Shown: in pieces, positions 41,036 to 51,120 of the stretch
Layout of the letters: each line of letters begins with the position of its first letter
Numbering within the stretch: the first letter of the stretch is position 1
IMG/VR virus record: IMGVR_UViG_3300035670_000121
Span: 1 to 64,000 of that record
Reading direction: 5' to 3' (one strand)
DNA length: 64,000 bases
Origin: a virus
Lineage: Duplodnaviria > Caudoviricetes
The notes under the pieces: model-generated
The model's input: the letters and a program-made list of their open reading frames with translations, nothing else
Told to the model about the DNA's origin: nothing
Database searches by the model: none
Program-made: the position numbers and the translations under genes

Positions 41036-42184
41036 ATGAGCGAATATAATCCTCTTTACAATGTCAACGCAAACAATGATGGCAAAAACGATACATTCGA
41101 TTTTGCTATGCCTGACATTCCAGATCCAGTAGAACCAGCACAAGTCGAATTAAAAGATAAAGACGCTGTAGGTTTTAAGTTTGGTTTTATTGGAGCTGGT
41201 CAAGGAGGAAGTAAACTAGCAGAAACCTTTTCTCAAATTGGTTATGCTAGAGTTGGCGTAATTAATACTGCTGATCAAGATTTAGCAACTATCAATGTTA
41301 AAAACAAGTTGAAGTTTGGCGAGCAACAAGGCGCTGGCAAAAATAGAGAGTTCGCCAAACAAGCATTTATTAATCACAAAGAAGATGTAGTTGATTTTAT
41401 TAAACAGTCTGTTGGAACTGATATAGATCGTGTGTTTGCTGTTGTTGGAGCTGGCGGTGGCACTGGAGCTGGTGTTTGTTCAGAATTAGTTAAAACTCTT
41501 AAAGAATATCAAACAACAGTCAAAGCTACATCTCCATACGTTGGATTGATATTGGCGTTACCTAAGCTATCTGAAGGTAAGAAGGTAAGTGAAAACGCTT
41601 ATGCTACACTAAAAGAAGCTTGTAAATTAGTTGAAGATAAAATCGTTTCTCCATTAATTATTCTAGATAATGAAAAGATTAATAACTTATATCCTAAATT
41701 ATCTGTAAATAAGTTCTGGCAAGTAGCAAATGCTAATATTTGTGCGTTATTTCATTTATTTAATAATATTATAACTAAAAATAGTCAATATAGTACATTT
41801 GATACAAATGATTTTCGTACTGTTTTAGATTCTGGTATTATGGTGTTTGGCGCAGCTAATATCACTGAATTTAAAAATGAAGCTGAAATTTCTAAAGCTG
41901 TTAGAGAAAATCTAAAGCGTAACGTTCTCTGTGGTGAATTAGATCTAGCTACTGGCAGTGTTGCTGCCGCTGTAGCAATCGGTGATGAAAAAACTCTAGA
42001 TAGTATTCCTCAAGAATATCTAGATAACGCTTTCAATCAATTAAATAGAACTCTAAAAACTAATAGCACAGTTCATCAAGGCATTTATAAAGGCGTTAAA
42101 GATGGTTTATCTATATTTACTGCTATTGGTGGTATATCAACTCCAAATGGTAAATTAGAAGCGCTTCTAAAAGCTAGTCAATAA
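41036..42184 (+). CDS. Tubulin/FtsZ-family GTPase
   Basis: IGAGQGG; INTADQD; GAGKN; GAGGGTGAG; LDNEK; FDTNDF. Confidence 0.9.
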   Translation: MSEYNPLYNVNANNDGKNDTFDFAMPDIPDPVEPAQVELKDKDAVGFKFGFIGAGQGGSKLAETFSQIGYARVGVINTADQDLATINVKNKLKFGEQQGAGKNREFAKQAFINHKEDVVDFIKQSVGTDIDRVFAVVGAGGGTGAGVCSELVKTLKEYQTTVKATSPYVGLILALPKLSEGKKVSENAYATLKEACKLVEDKIVSPLIILDNEKINNLYPKLSVNKFWQVANANICALFHLFNNIITKNSQYSTFDTNDFRTVLDSGIMVFGAANITEFKNEAEISKAVRENLKRNVLCGELDLATGSVAAAVAIGDEKTLDSIPQEYLDNAFNQLNRTLKTNSTVHQGIYKGVKDGLSIFTAIGGISTPNGKLEALLKASQ

Positions 42185-42201
42185 GTGTAATATTAAACAT
42201 A

Positions 42202-42426
42202 ATGAATAATAATTTCGTCCCATTTTGTACTTTTAATACTGGAACTACTATTAGTTGCCCAAGCGAAAGAAGCATATATGTCACTGCTGCTTTAGGTAGT
42301 ATTAGCGGTAGTGCTGGTGTTGTTTCAGTCGGTGCTAATCAAGTTCTTCAGCCTTCTGTGCCTGTTAAATTTGATTCAAATATTAGTGGCGCTGCTCGTA
42401 CAATTTTCTATTATATTGCTGATTAA
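42202..42426 (+). CDS. Small hypothetical protein (possibly virion)
   Basis: ORF track; GTGTA at 42185. Confidence 0.6.
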   Translation: MNNNFVPFCTFNTGTTISCPSERSIYVTAALGSISGSAGVVSVGANQVLQPSVPVKFDSNISGAARTIFYYIAD

Positions 42427-42465
42427 TTGGTAGAAATTTTGCTTCGCAAGACTTATCATCTTGCG

Positions 42466-43035
42466 ATGAATCTACAAATTTATAAGCCTAATTCGAAGAA
42501 TACCGGCTGCGCTATTAGTTTTCAAATTTCCCAAAAGAACGATCAAGAGCCTCAGTTCTACGTAAATTGTATTGCACAACATTCTTGGGACGAACAAAAG
42601 AAAACAGGTTCTTTTGCAGAGAGCAGGAATAATCCCGCAAAGACTATCGCCATCAAGTTCAATGAATTTGAACTTGGTGAAATAATTAACGCTTTTCAAA
42701 CAAAAGCTAATTATTCTGCTTTTCATTCAAGCGAGTCAAACAAGACTCAAATTAAGTTTGGTCCATATGAAAAGAAGAAGGGTACTGGCGAATATACTGT
42801 GACTTATACAGCTTATGGATTATCATTTATCAGAAATGGAGCTGATACGTTTAAGGTTCCACTTGAACCTGGCGAAATGGTTCGATTAGTAGCTTTCATC
42901 AATAAGTTTTATTCATTGCTAGACGATACTCGAAAGATAGCTCCAAAGGGGGATTATAAGAATCAAGCTTCAAAAGCTCAAGCTCCAGCGCCAGCGAAGA
43001 CCAATAAAGTTGAAACTGAAGATTCTGAATTCTAA
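42466..43035 (+). CDS. Putative ssDNA-binding protein (Whirly/PC4-like, acidic tail)
   Basis: Beta-rich core; C-terminus ETEDSEF. Confidence 0.4.
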   Translation: MNLQIYKPNSKNTGCAISFQISQKNDQEPQFYVNCIAQHSWDEQKKTGSFAESRNNPAKTIAIKFNEFELGEIINAFQTKANYSAFHSSESNKTQIKFGPYEKKKGTGEYTVTYTAYGLSFIRNGADTFKVPLEPGEMVRLVAFINKFYSLLDDTRKIAPKGDYKNQASKAQAPAPAKTNKVETEDSEF

Positions 43036-44921
43036 TGCGTAAAAAAAGAATTCTTATTCATAGTAATCATTGCAAAATGTTTACCGGATTCGGTAAGCAT
43101 AAGAAAAATTTGTTAAAATATTTGCACAACACAGGTAAATACGAAATCATTGAATTCAGTAATGGTTATCCGTGGTCTTCTGATGAGTTGCAGTATACTC
43201 CTTGGAAAAGCTATGGATCTTTACCTGATGATCCTGAACATCAAAAAGAAATAGCTAACGACGAAAGAAAAAAATCAACTGCTGGTTATGGCGGTGAAAT
43301 GATTGATCGGGCTATTTATGAATTAAAACCTGGTATTTATTTAGGAATAGAAGATATTTGGGGATTTAATGGATTTTTTGAAAAGCCTTGGTGGAACAAG
43401 ATTCATTGTATTATACATACAACACTAGATAGTTTGCCTATTTTGCCAGACGCTGTAAATGTCGCGTCTAAAATAAAAAATTATTTTGTATGGGCAAGTT
43501 TTGCAGAAAAAGCTTTACACAAATTAGGTCATACACATGTTAAAACAGTACATGGAACGTTAGATGTTAATAATTTCTATAGACTTCCAGACGATGCTCG
43601 TTCAAGACTTAGAAAACATTTTAATCTAGAAAAAAGTTTTATAATTGGATTTGTATTTAGAAATCAACTAAGAAAATCAGTCCCTAATTTGCTTGATGGA
43701 TTCAAAATGTTTGATGAAGCAAATCCATCTGCTAACGCTAAATTATTATTGCATACATTTTGGAACGAAGGTTGGGATATTCATAGATTATTAAAAGAAA
43801 AGGACATTCCTCTTAATAAAGTACTTACAACTTATTATTGTAAAAACTGTTACAATTATCATATCAAGCCATTTCAAGGGCAGATTTTAAAATGCGATTA
43901 TTGTCAACATCCTAATTCATGCGAAACAACAAATATTAAAAGTGGCGTAAATGAACAACAGTTGAATGAGATTTATAATTTAATGGATGTTTATTGCCAT
44001 CCTTTTACAAGCGGTGGACAAGAAATACCTATTCAAGAAGCAAAACTTACTGAACTGATAACATTAGTAACTAATTATAGTTGTGGTGAAGATTCTTGTA
44101 GCTCTGAAAGCGGCGGCTTCCCTTTAGACTGGGCTGAATACCGAGAACCCGGTACTCAATTTATTAAAGCTTCAACACTACCTACAAGCATTAATGAAAA
44201 ATTAAAAATGGTATACGAAATGGCTTTTGATGAAAAAGTATTACTTGGTAAAAAATCACGTAACTATGTAATCAATAAATATAGTATTGAAATCGTAGGA
44301 AAATATTTTGAAGATTTATTTGATTCATTTCCTGAAGTCGAATTTGATTATGAGAAAGTGGATATGACTCCAAATGCATATTTTGAACCCAACAATTCTT
44401 TAAATGATAAAGAATGGATTGAGTCATTGTATGAAAATCTTTTAAAACGAAAAGATTCGTCTGGCGTTATTCATTGGTTGCAACGCTTGAAGACTGATTT
44501 AAAAAGACAAGATGTATTAACTTATTTTAGAAAAGTTGCGCTATCAGAAATACAAAAAGCTGAATTTGAGAAAATGCTCAAAATTCTAAATGAAGATAAA
44601 AGTCTTAAGAAAATCGCTTATATTCAACCTGATGGAGCTGAAGAAGTTTTGATCGCTACATCAATTCTTCCTTCTATTCAAAAAGTTTATCCTGACCATA
44701 AAATTTATTTCTTTACAAAAAGCGAGAATTTCGATTTAATAAATTCACATCCAAATGTTTATAAAACATTATCGTATTTTAATAAATTAGATGATCCTCT
44801 TTACCTAGAAGGAAAAGGCAATTTAAATAAATATTTTGATATTGTATTTGCTCCGTATTTATCAATTAGAAACAATTATTTTAGAAACGCTCAAGATATT
44901 TTAGAGTATCAAACAACATGA
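43035..44921 (+). CDS. Glycosyltransferase GT4 with C-terminal GT9-like domain
   Basis: RNQLRKS; MDVYCHPFTSGGQEIPIQEA; QKVYPDHKIYF..SHPNV. Confidence 0.8.
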   Translation: MRKKRILIHSNHCKMFTGFGKHKKNLLKYLHNTGKYEIIEFSNGYPWSSDELQYTPWKSYGSLPDDPEHQKEIANDERKKSTAGYGGEMIDRAIYELKPGIYLGIEDIWGFNGFFEKPWWNKIHCIIHTTLDSLPILPDAVNVASKIKNYFVWASFAEKALHKLGHTHVKTVHGTLDVNNFYRLPDDARSRLRKHFNLEKSFIIGFVFRNQLRKSVPNLLDGFKMFDEANPSANAKLLLHTFWNEGWDIHRLLKEKDIPLNKVLTTYYCKNCYNYHIKPFQGQILKCDYCQHPNSCETTNIKSGVNEQQLNEIYNLMDVYCHPFTSGGQEIPIQEAKLTELITLVTNYSCGEDSCSSESGGFPLDWAEYREPGTQFIKASTLPTSINEKLKMVYEMAFDEKVLLGKKSRNYVINKYSIEIVGKYFEDLFDSFPEVEFDYEKVDMTPNAYFEPNNSLNDKEWIESLYENLLKRKDSSGVIHWLQRLKTDLKRQDVLTYFRKVALSEIQKAEFEKMLKILNEDKSLKKIAYIQPDGAEEVLIATSILPSIQKVYPDHKIYFFTKSENFDLINSHPNVYKTLSYFNKLDDPLYLEGKGNLNKYFDIVFAPYLSIRNNYFRNAQDILEYQTT

Positions 44922-46111
44922 ATTTAGTAGATAAAATAGCTTTAGATTGTGGAGTTAAAGTTGGAAAACCTTATATAGATAGGCTATTCATGCCTTTGAA
45001 AAATCATGACTTTATAATTTTTGATACAAGAAGTAAATATTCTCATGGCACATATGATTATTTTGGCGATGTATATGATATTATTCGCGCATATTTAAAA
45101 CAAAATAATATTGAAACATTTCAAATAGCAAATGAAAACTCTCCTCGTTTGCCTTGCGATAAATGTTTTGTAACAATAAATAAGAAGCAAGAAGCTTATC
45201 TAATATCAAAAGCTAAGTTAATTATTTCTAACGAAAATTATAGTTTATATTTCGCTTCAATACTAAATACTAAATCAATAGGATTATATTCTATTAATAA
45301 TCCTAAAAACACTCAACCTATCTGGAACAGAGATTCGCAAATCGTTTTAGAATCTTCAAGAGATGATAATTTACCCAGTTATGGTCAATTAGCAGAAAGC
45401 CCCAAAACAGTTAATCTAATCGATCCATATCAAATTGCTAGAAATATTTTAAACTCACTAAATATAAAAAATGATTTAAATAAATTTGAATTAGTTCATC
45501 TAGGAAAAAATTTTAATCAAAGAATTATCGAAGTAATACCAGATTTCACAGCTTCCGCAGAAGTATTAAAAGGAGCTTCAATCAATTTAAGATTAGATTA
45601 CATAGACGATTTAAATCAAAATGTATTTTATTATTGGTTAAGCAACAGAAAAGTAAATATTTTAACAAATAAAAATTTAAATATTAAATCTCTATTGCCA
45701 TTTAAAAATAATATTATTATGATAACAGTTATCATGTCAGATAATATTGATGAGACATTTTTAAAACAGTGCAAACAAAATGGTTTTCGCGTCAGACTTC
45801 ATTGTCGAGAACCTGAAAAGATCAAAGATTATCAATATAAATTTTTTGATTGGAATATCGAAAAAGATTTTAAAACAGAATTAAAACTTAAAGGCTTTTC
45901 AAATATAAATGAAAAATCTTTTTTTATTAGTTCAAAAGTATTAATTTCAAAAGGTAAACAATTTTCTTGTCGAGCTAATCAATTGCAAAACAAATTTCTT
46001 GACAAAACCCAAGAAACTGTTATCTTCTCTGAAACGTTTGAAGAAGAGTTAGATTATTTTAAAATATACAATGAAAGAGAAGAATCAAGTTTCAATTCCT
46101 CAACAGCGTAA
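44918..46111 (+). CDS. GT9/heptosyltransferase-like protein
   Basis: YDYF; QEAYLISKAKLII..SIGLY; weak match. Confidence 0.45.
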   Translation: MNLVDKIALDCGVKVGKPYIDRLFMPLKNHDFIIFDTRSKYSHGTYDYFGDVYDIIRAYLKQNNIETFQIANENSPRLPCDKCFVTINKKQEAYLISKAKLIISNENYSLYFASILNTKSIGLYSINNPKNTQPIWNRDSQIVLESSRDDNLPSYGQLAESPKTVNLIDPYQIARNILNSLNIKNDLNKFELVHLGKNFNQRIIEVIPDFTASAEVLKGASINLRLDYIDDLNQNVFYYWLSNRKVNILTNKNLNIKSLLPFKNNIIMITVIMSDNIDETFLKQCKQNGFRVRLHCREPEKIKDYQYKFFDWNIEKDFKTELKLKGFSNINEKSFFISSKVLISKGKQFSCRANQLQNKFLDKTQETVIFSETFEEELDYFKIYNEREESSFNSSTA

Positions 46112-46820
46112 TGCTTGGGGATTAATTGAAGGCATTAATTATATTAATAATGAAGATGGCTCTATTAACTGGAGAGCCATGGTTAAGCCTGATCATTTAT
46201 TCCCTAATAAAGGATGGTTTGAAACAAGAAAGCAAGTAGTACCAAATAACATTGAAGGATTAGGCGATCATCAACTCTTAATCAAGTTGGCTGGAATTAA
46301 AGAAGTAGCAAAGCTTCGTGGTTACAAATCAGTTAAGTACGATATTATTAAGTGTGAATCTAGTTATGTTGCAGTAAAATGCGGTATAACTTGGATTCCA
46401 AATTATGAAAGTCAATATGAAAGTTATTATGAAGATGTGGCAAACGCTACGGTCAATAACACTACGGATTTTGCTGTCAAATTTTTGGAGACGATTGCAG
46501 CTAATCGCGCATTCATTAGGGCTGTAAGAAACTTTCTTAACATTCATATTGTCGGCAGCGACGAAATTGATTCATCTAAAAAAGGAACTCCAGCCTTATT
46601 TGAAGAAGAAGCTGAAACTGCTTTACCCTCGTCTCAAAACATGCTAGAAAAAACAGCAAAAGCTCATGGTCTATCTAGCTTTGAAGAGTTTCAGGATTAT
46701 TTAAGAAAAGCTTGGAAGATGAATGTTTATCGTAATGAAGAAACAAAAGTTTGGACTTCATACAGCGATATTCCTGCAAAAGAAGCTAGAATTTTAATGT
46801 CTATTATTAAAGATAAATAA
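46071..46820 (+). CDS. Putative Rad52/Sak-like ssDNA annealing protein
   Basis: VANA..LETIAANRAFIRAVRNFLNI. Confidence 0.45.
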   Translation: MKEKNQVSIPQQRNAWGLIEGINYINNEDGSINWRAMVKPDHLFPNKGWFETRKQVVPNNIEGLGDHQLLIKLAGIKEVAKLRGYKSVKYDIIKCESSYVAVKCGITWIPNYESQYESYYEDVANATVNNTTDFAVKFLETIAANRAFIRAVRNFLNIHIVGSDEIDSSKKGTPALFEEEAETALPSSQNMLEKTAKAHGLSSFEEFQDYLRKAWKMNVYRNEETKVWTSYSDIPAKEARILMSIIKDK

Positions 46821-46826
46821 TATAAA

Positions 46827-47267
46827 ATGCATAAGCAATATATTTCAATTCCTATTAAGAAGCTTTCTGACAAAGCTACTATTCCTAGTCAAGGCAGTAC
46901 TGAAGCTGCTGGATATGATCTTTATGCAGCTGAAAACGTAGTTGTTTATAGCTTGAGCCGAGCATTAATTAAGACAAATATTTCAATTGCAATCCCTGAA
47001 GGTTATTATGGACGAATTGCCCCACGATCAGGGCTAGCTTATAAAAATGGAATTGATGTTTTAGCTGGTGTTATTGATTCAGATTATCGTGGCGATATAG
47101 GTGTTATTTTATTTAATACGAGCACAACAAATGAGTTTCAAGTAAAAGCAGGCGATAGAATAGCTCAAATCATTATAGAAAAATGCCATAATGTTCATTG
47201 GGATTTAGAAGAAAATCTAGATCAGACTAAAAGAGAACAGAAAGGATTCGGTAGTACCGGAGTATGA
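46827..47267 (+). CDS. dut: Trimeric dUTPase
   Basis: AAGYDL; APRSGLA; GVIDSDYRG; RIAQ; GFGSTG. Confidence 0.95.
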   Translation: MHKQYISIPIKKLSDKATIPSQGSTEAAGYDLYAAENVVVYSLSRALIKTNISIAIPEGYYGRIAPRSGLAYKNGIDVLAGVIDSDYRGDIGVILFNTSTTNEFQVKAGDRIAQIIIEKCHNVHWDLEENLDQTKREQKGFGSTGV

Positions 47268-47542
47268 ACTTAAAACATATTAAAAAAATTATAGACAAGC
47301 AATTTAAGATTGCTGGTATTGATTTAAAGTATGAAGATGTTTGTAATAACCAGATACCTGAATGGTATAGAAAATTAACTTGTACTCAAGAGCAGAACGA
47401 AAAATGGAAGAATTGGACTCTTAAGTATATGAAAGATAAGCTTAAACTTACAAAAGATAAAGCTTATATTGAAACCTCATGGTTAAATTTAAATTACGGA
47501 CTAAAAGTAAAAAATAAAAAGAATGAAAATTCTAAAAAGTAA
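47264..47542 (+). CDS. Hypothetical protein
   Basis: ORF track. Confidence 0.6.
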   Translation: MNLKHIKKIIDKQFKIAGIDLKYEDVCNNQIPEWYRKLTCTQEQNEKWKNWTLKYMKDKLKLTKDKAYIETSWLNLNYGLKVKNKKNENSKK

Positions 47543-48485
47543 ATCCGTTTATTATGATGATGTAAATTTAATTGCGCAGCCATCAGAAATAATATCTAGA
47601 TCGCACATTGAACGTGAACTTCACAGAATTATTGTTTCGCCAATGCAAGCTGTTGTTGGAAAAACATTTGCTCGAACTGCTTATAATTATGGCGTTTCTG
47701 TTGCGCTTCATAGATTCTGCAAAATTAACGAATTAATTGAAACATTCAAATATGTCAATGAGAGCAATGATATAAGTAAAGGCAATAAAATTTGGTGTTC
47801 TATTGCTTTGAATGATTATTCTTCTTTTGAAGCTTTATATGATAATGGCGCTAGAAATTTCATTATTGATATTGCTAATGGATATTTGAGTTCTGTTGAT
47901 TCTATGATTAAGTGTTTGAATTATGATTATAAAGGCTCTGAAACTTCAATAATGGTAGGTAACGTTCATACTGAACAAGGTCTTAATTTATATAAAAATT
48001 ATGATAATGTTTGGGTAAGAGTTGGAATTGGTCAAGGATCAGGTTGCACGACTAAAGATCAAACAGGCTACACAAGAGGTCAAATTACTGAAATTAGTGA
48101 ATGTTATAATGATAGAGTTAATTCTAATAATATAATTGCAGATGGCGGAATTAAAAATGGTGGCGACGCAGCTAAAGCTTTTGGTGCGGGTGCTGACTAT
48201 GTTATGATGGGTGGTTATTTCGCTAAAACAAATGAAGCACAAAATGTAATTGATGGTGTTTATCAATTTTGGGGTTCAGCGAGTAAAAAACAATTAGAGT
48301 TAAGCGGTAAGAAAAGAGATCACGCTGAAGGCAGAACTTACGATATTGATCAAACACAAATTGAACCCTTAAAGAATAAAATTGATGAATTATGGAGTGC
48401 TATTTCTTCTGCTGTTTCTTATTCAGGTTATAATAGTTTAAGTGAATTTATAGGAAGAGGGGTTTATGAAATCAAAGAAAGATAA
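47523..48485 (+). CDS. guaC: GMP reductase / IMPDH-family protein
   Basis: IDIANG; VGIGQGSGCTT; IADGGI; VMMGG; no CBS domain. Confidence 0.8.
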   Translation: MKILKSKSVYYDDVNLIAQPSEIISRSHIERELHRIIVSPMQAVVGKTFARTAYNYGVSVALHRFCKINELIETFKYVNESNDISKGNKIWCSIALNDYSSFEALYDNGARNFIIDIANGYLSSVDSMIKCLNYDYKGSETSIMVGNVHTEQGLNLYKNYDNVWVRVGIGQGSGCTTKDQTGYTRGQITEISECYNDRVNSNNIIADGGIKNGGDAAKAFGAGADYVMMGGYFAKTNEAQNVIDGVYQFWGSASKKQLELSGKKRDHAEGRTYDIDQTQIEPLKNKIDELWSAISSAVSYSGYNSLSEFIGRGVYEIKER

Positions 48486-48747
48486 TCTCCTTTTTAATGC
48501 ATGTAAAATACTTGATACTGATTATGTAGATTATGGCGGCAAAATAACTCGTTGGGCCGATCCAGATAATAATTATTTAGATTGCAGTTGTGGTTGTAAA
48601 TTTTTCAATCCATTATATAATAATAGGTATGATGGAGCTGATATGGATTTTGGCGTTTGTTTAAATCCAAAAAGTAAAAGATATGGCTTGTTGACATTTG
48701 AGCATCAAGCAGGTTTTGGATGTTTCGAAATAGAAAAAATTAAATAA
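48466..48747 (+). CDS. Cys-rich hypothetical protein
   Basis: DCSCGCKFF; DFGVCLNPKS; TFEHQ. Confidence 0.6.
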   Translation: MKSKKDNLLFNACKILDTDYVDYGGKITRWADPDNNYLDCSCGCKFFNPLYNNRYDGADMDFGVCLNPKSKRYGLLTFEHQAGFGCFEIEKIK

Positions 48748-48748
48748 C

Positions 48749-48823
48749 TGAGGCGTCGTATAACGGCTATTACTTCTGGTTTTGGCCCAGAAAATGGAGG
48801 TTCGATCCCTTCCGCCTCAGCCA
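48749..48823 (+). tRNA. tRNA-Gln(UUG) with encoded CCA
   Basis: Acceptor stem TGAGGCG/CGCCTCA; anticodon arm TCTGG-TTTTGGC-CCAGA; GGTTCGATCC; U1:A72. Confidence 0.9.
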
Positions 48824-48829
48824 CTCTCA

Positions 48830-49033
48830 ATGCAAAATAAATTAGAAGAAATTAAAAAAATCGTTCAAGAACTATCTGACAATATCTATAATGTAAATAC
48901 AGATCAAAAAACTGCATTCATTATTAAAGAAATCGATAAGCTTGTTCAAAAATGTTATACTGAAATATATAATGTTACTGATACAAAATACCAATTAAAT
49001 AGTGTAAGTGATAAACATGGACACTGCTGCTAA
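48830..49033 (+). CDS. Hypothetical protein
   Basis: ATG after the tRNA. Confidence 0.5.
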   Translation: MQNKLEEIKKIVQELSDNIYNVNTDQKTAFIIKEIDKLVQKCYTEIYNVTDTKYQLNSVSDKHGHCC

Positions 49034-49190
49034 AATAACGACTCCATGTATTAGAGTTTGTAAATTATTAAATGACGTTTGTTATGCTTGTCAAAGGACA
49101 AGACAAGAAATAACGAACTGGTCTTTCTATTCTGAAGATAAAAGAAAAGAAATAATGGAGGAATTAAATGAGCGCAGGAAAAGGAAGTAA
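49017..49190 (+). CDS. DUF1289-like Cys protein
   Basis: TPCIRVCKL..CYACQRTRQEITNW. Confidence 0.75.
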   Translation: MDTAAKITTPCIRVCKLLNDVCYACQRTRQEITNWSFYSEDKRKEIMEELNERRKRK

Positions 49191-49317
49191 ACCCAGAAAC
49201 TGTTTCAGTAAAGATTTTAAAAATAATTACGATTCAATTGATTGGAAAAACAAGGACAAACAATGCCCTACGAATACAAAGCAAAATTCAAAAAAGTCAT
49301 CGATGGAGACACTTTAA
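49168..49317 (+). CDS. Small phage protein, not in the ORF track
   Basis: MSAGKGSKPRNCFSKDFKNNYDSIDW. Confidence 0.5.
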   Translation: MSAGKGSKPRNCFSKDFKNNYDSIDWKNKDKQCPTNTKQNSKKSSMETL

Positions 49318-49715
49318 TATTAGATATTGATTTGGGTTTCAATATTGTATTATCTAATCAAACTGTAAGATTGATTGGTATCGATACTCCAGAAAGCCGT
49401 TCTAAAGACAAGATAGAAAAAATCTTTGGAATTCTTAGTAAAAAAGCTGTCGAAGAATTCATGAAAGCGGAAGATAAATTAATTATTCAAACTGTTTTTA
49501 ATGACGACAATGAAGATAAATTTGGTAGAATACTTGGTAAAATAATTACTTCTAGCAAAGTATGCTTGAATGATTGGTTGATTGATCATAATTATGCTGT
49601 TCTATACAAAGGCGAAAATAAAGAATTAGTTAAACAAGCTCATTTAAAAAATAGAAAAACTTTAATAGATAATAAGATAGTACAAATATCATATGCTGAA
49701 GCTGGAATAATTTAG
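49263..49715 (+). CDS. Thermonuclease (SNase-like)
   Basis: VIDGDT; VRLIGIDTPE; DKFGRILG. Confidence 0.9.
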   Translation: MPYEYKAKFKKVIDGDTLILDIDLGFNIVLSNQTVRLIGIDTPESRSKDKIEKIFGILSKKAVEEFMKAEDKLIIQTVFNDDNEDKFGRILGKIITSSKVCLNDWLIDHNYAVLYKGENKELVKQAHLKNRKTLIDNKIVQISYAEAGII

Positions 49716-49746
49716 TTTATAAATATATAATAAGCGTGAAGAAACG

Positions 49747-49776
49747 AAGACAAGATTAATTTCTTGTCTTTTTTTA
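49747..49776 (+). terminator. Intrinsic terminator
   Basis: AAGACAAGA...TCTTGTCTT followed by a T run. Confidence 0.65.
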
Positions 49777-49797
49777 TTTTAAAGTGTAAATAAATTT

Positions 49798-51087
49798 ATG
49801 GCTGAATTATTCGCAACTCAAGCGCCTCAAAATGTAAATTGTACTCTTATTTACGATAAAACAAGAGAATTTTATCGACCTTTTACGAATTTTGATTTTG
49901 CTGGTGGACAAGCTGGTGTTGATGCTTTCGGTAGACAAAGAGTATCAAATCCAGAAATGATATTTAACACTAAACAGATATTTGATAATCAGCCTTTATA
50001 TTTTGATGATATTCAAGAAAGTGGCTCTGGCACGACTTCAACATATGATAAAAATAGAGCATCAAGCACATTAGCCGTATCAGCTAATACAACTGGTAAA
50101 AGAACGCGACAAACATTTATGCGTTTTAATTATCAGTCAGGTAAAGCGCAATTAATTTTTATAACTGGTATTTTAAAAAAATCAGGTGGCGGTACAGGAA
50201 TAACTACTAGGATGGGTTATTTCGATGATCAAAACGGTATATTTTTACAAAGATCTGGTTCAACCGTTGGTATTGTTTTAAGATCTTATATAGATGGTTC
50301 TGTTTCTGATACGATTGTCACACAGTCTAATTGGAATATAGATCAAATGCAAGGTAATGGACCAAGCGGCGTAGAATTAGATTTCAGTAAAACTCAAATT
50401 TTAGTTATAGATTTTGAATGGTTAGGAGTTGGCAGAGTTAGAATTGGTTTTAATGTAGACGGGGTTACATATTATTGCCATGAATTTTTAAATGCTAATA
50501 ATAAAACAGGAGTTTATATGTCAACTCCTAATTTGCCTGTTAGATATCAAATTGAGAATAACGGTTCTGGTGTTGCTTCATCTATTGAATGTATTTGTTG
50601 TGCTGTTATTAGTGAAGGTGGACGCGAAGAAGTTGCAACAAATGGATATATATCAACAAATGGAACTTCAGTAGAAGCTACAAAAACATATTTAAATGCG
50701 ATTTTAGCGATTAGATTAAAAACTGGTTATGTTGGCACTACAGTTGATATTCTAGATTTAAGTTTAATTACAACAAGTAATGACAATTATGAATGGAAAT
50801 TAGTTTTAAATCCATCAGGCATAAATGGTTTAAACTATTCTAGTATCGACAACAGTAGTTTGGAATATGCTATTGCGCCTAATCAAACTCATATATCAGG
50901 AGGTTATGCTATGGCTGGTGGTTACGCTCAAGCTAAAACTGATATTCAAGCCGATTCACTCAAATCTTTATTAAAATTAGGTTCATCAATTACGGGATTA
51001 AGAGATCAATTAGTTTTAGCTTGTTATCCTCTCGGGTCTTCTAATTCTGTAGTTTATGGAGGTTTAAATTATAGAGAATTTAATTAA
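49798..51087 (+). CDS. Putative virion structural protein
   Basis: DAFGRQRVSNP; IDFEWLGVGRVRIGF; GTGTA at 49784. Confidence 0.6.
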   Translation: MAELFATQAPQNVNCTLIYDKTREFYRPFTNFDFAGGQAGVDAFGRQRVSNPEMIFNTKQIFDNQPLYFDDIQESGSGTTSTYDKNRASSTLAVSANTTGKRTRQTFMRFNYQSGKAQLIFITGILKKSGGGTGITTRMGYFDDQNGIFLQRSGSTVGIVLRSYIDGSVSDTIVTQSNWNIDQMQGNGPSGVELDFSKTQILVIDFEWLGVGRVRIGFNVDGVTYYCHEFLNANNKTGVYMSTPNLPVRYQIENNGSGVASSIECICCAVISEGGREEVATNGYISTNGTSVEATKTYLNAILAIRLKTGYVGTTVDILDLSLITTSNDNYEWKLVLNPSGINGLNYSSIDNSSLEYAIAPNQTHISGGYAMAGGYAQAKTDIQADSLKSLLKLGSSITGLRDQLVLACYPLGSSNSVVYGGLNYREFN

Positions 51088-51120
51088 TCTATTTGATTAA
51101 TTTTTTGTGTAAAAGTTTGT

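Noticed and set aside
48782-48829. N-terminal extension of ORF 48782..49033
   Set aside because: It overlaps tRNA-Gln; ATG 48830 is more plausible.
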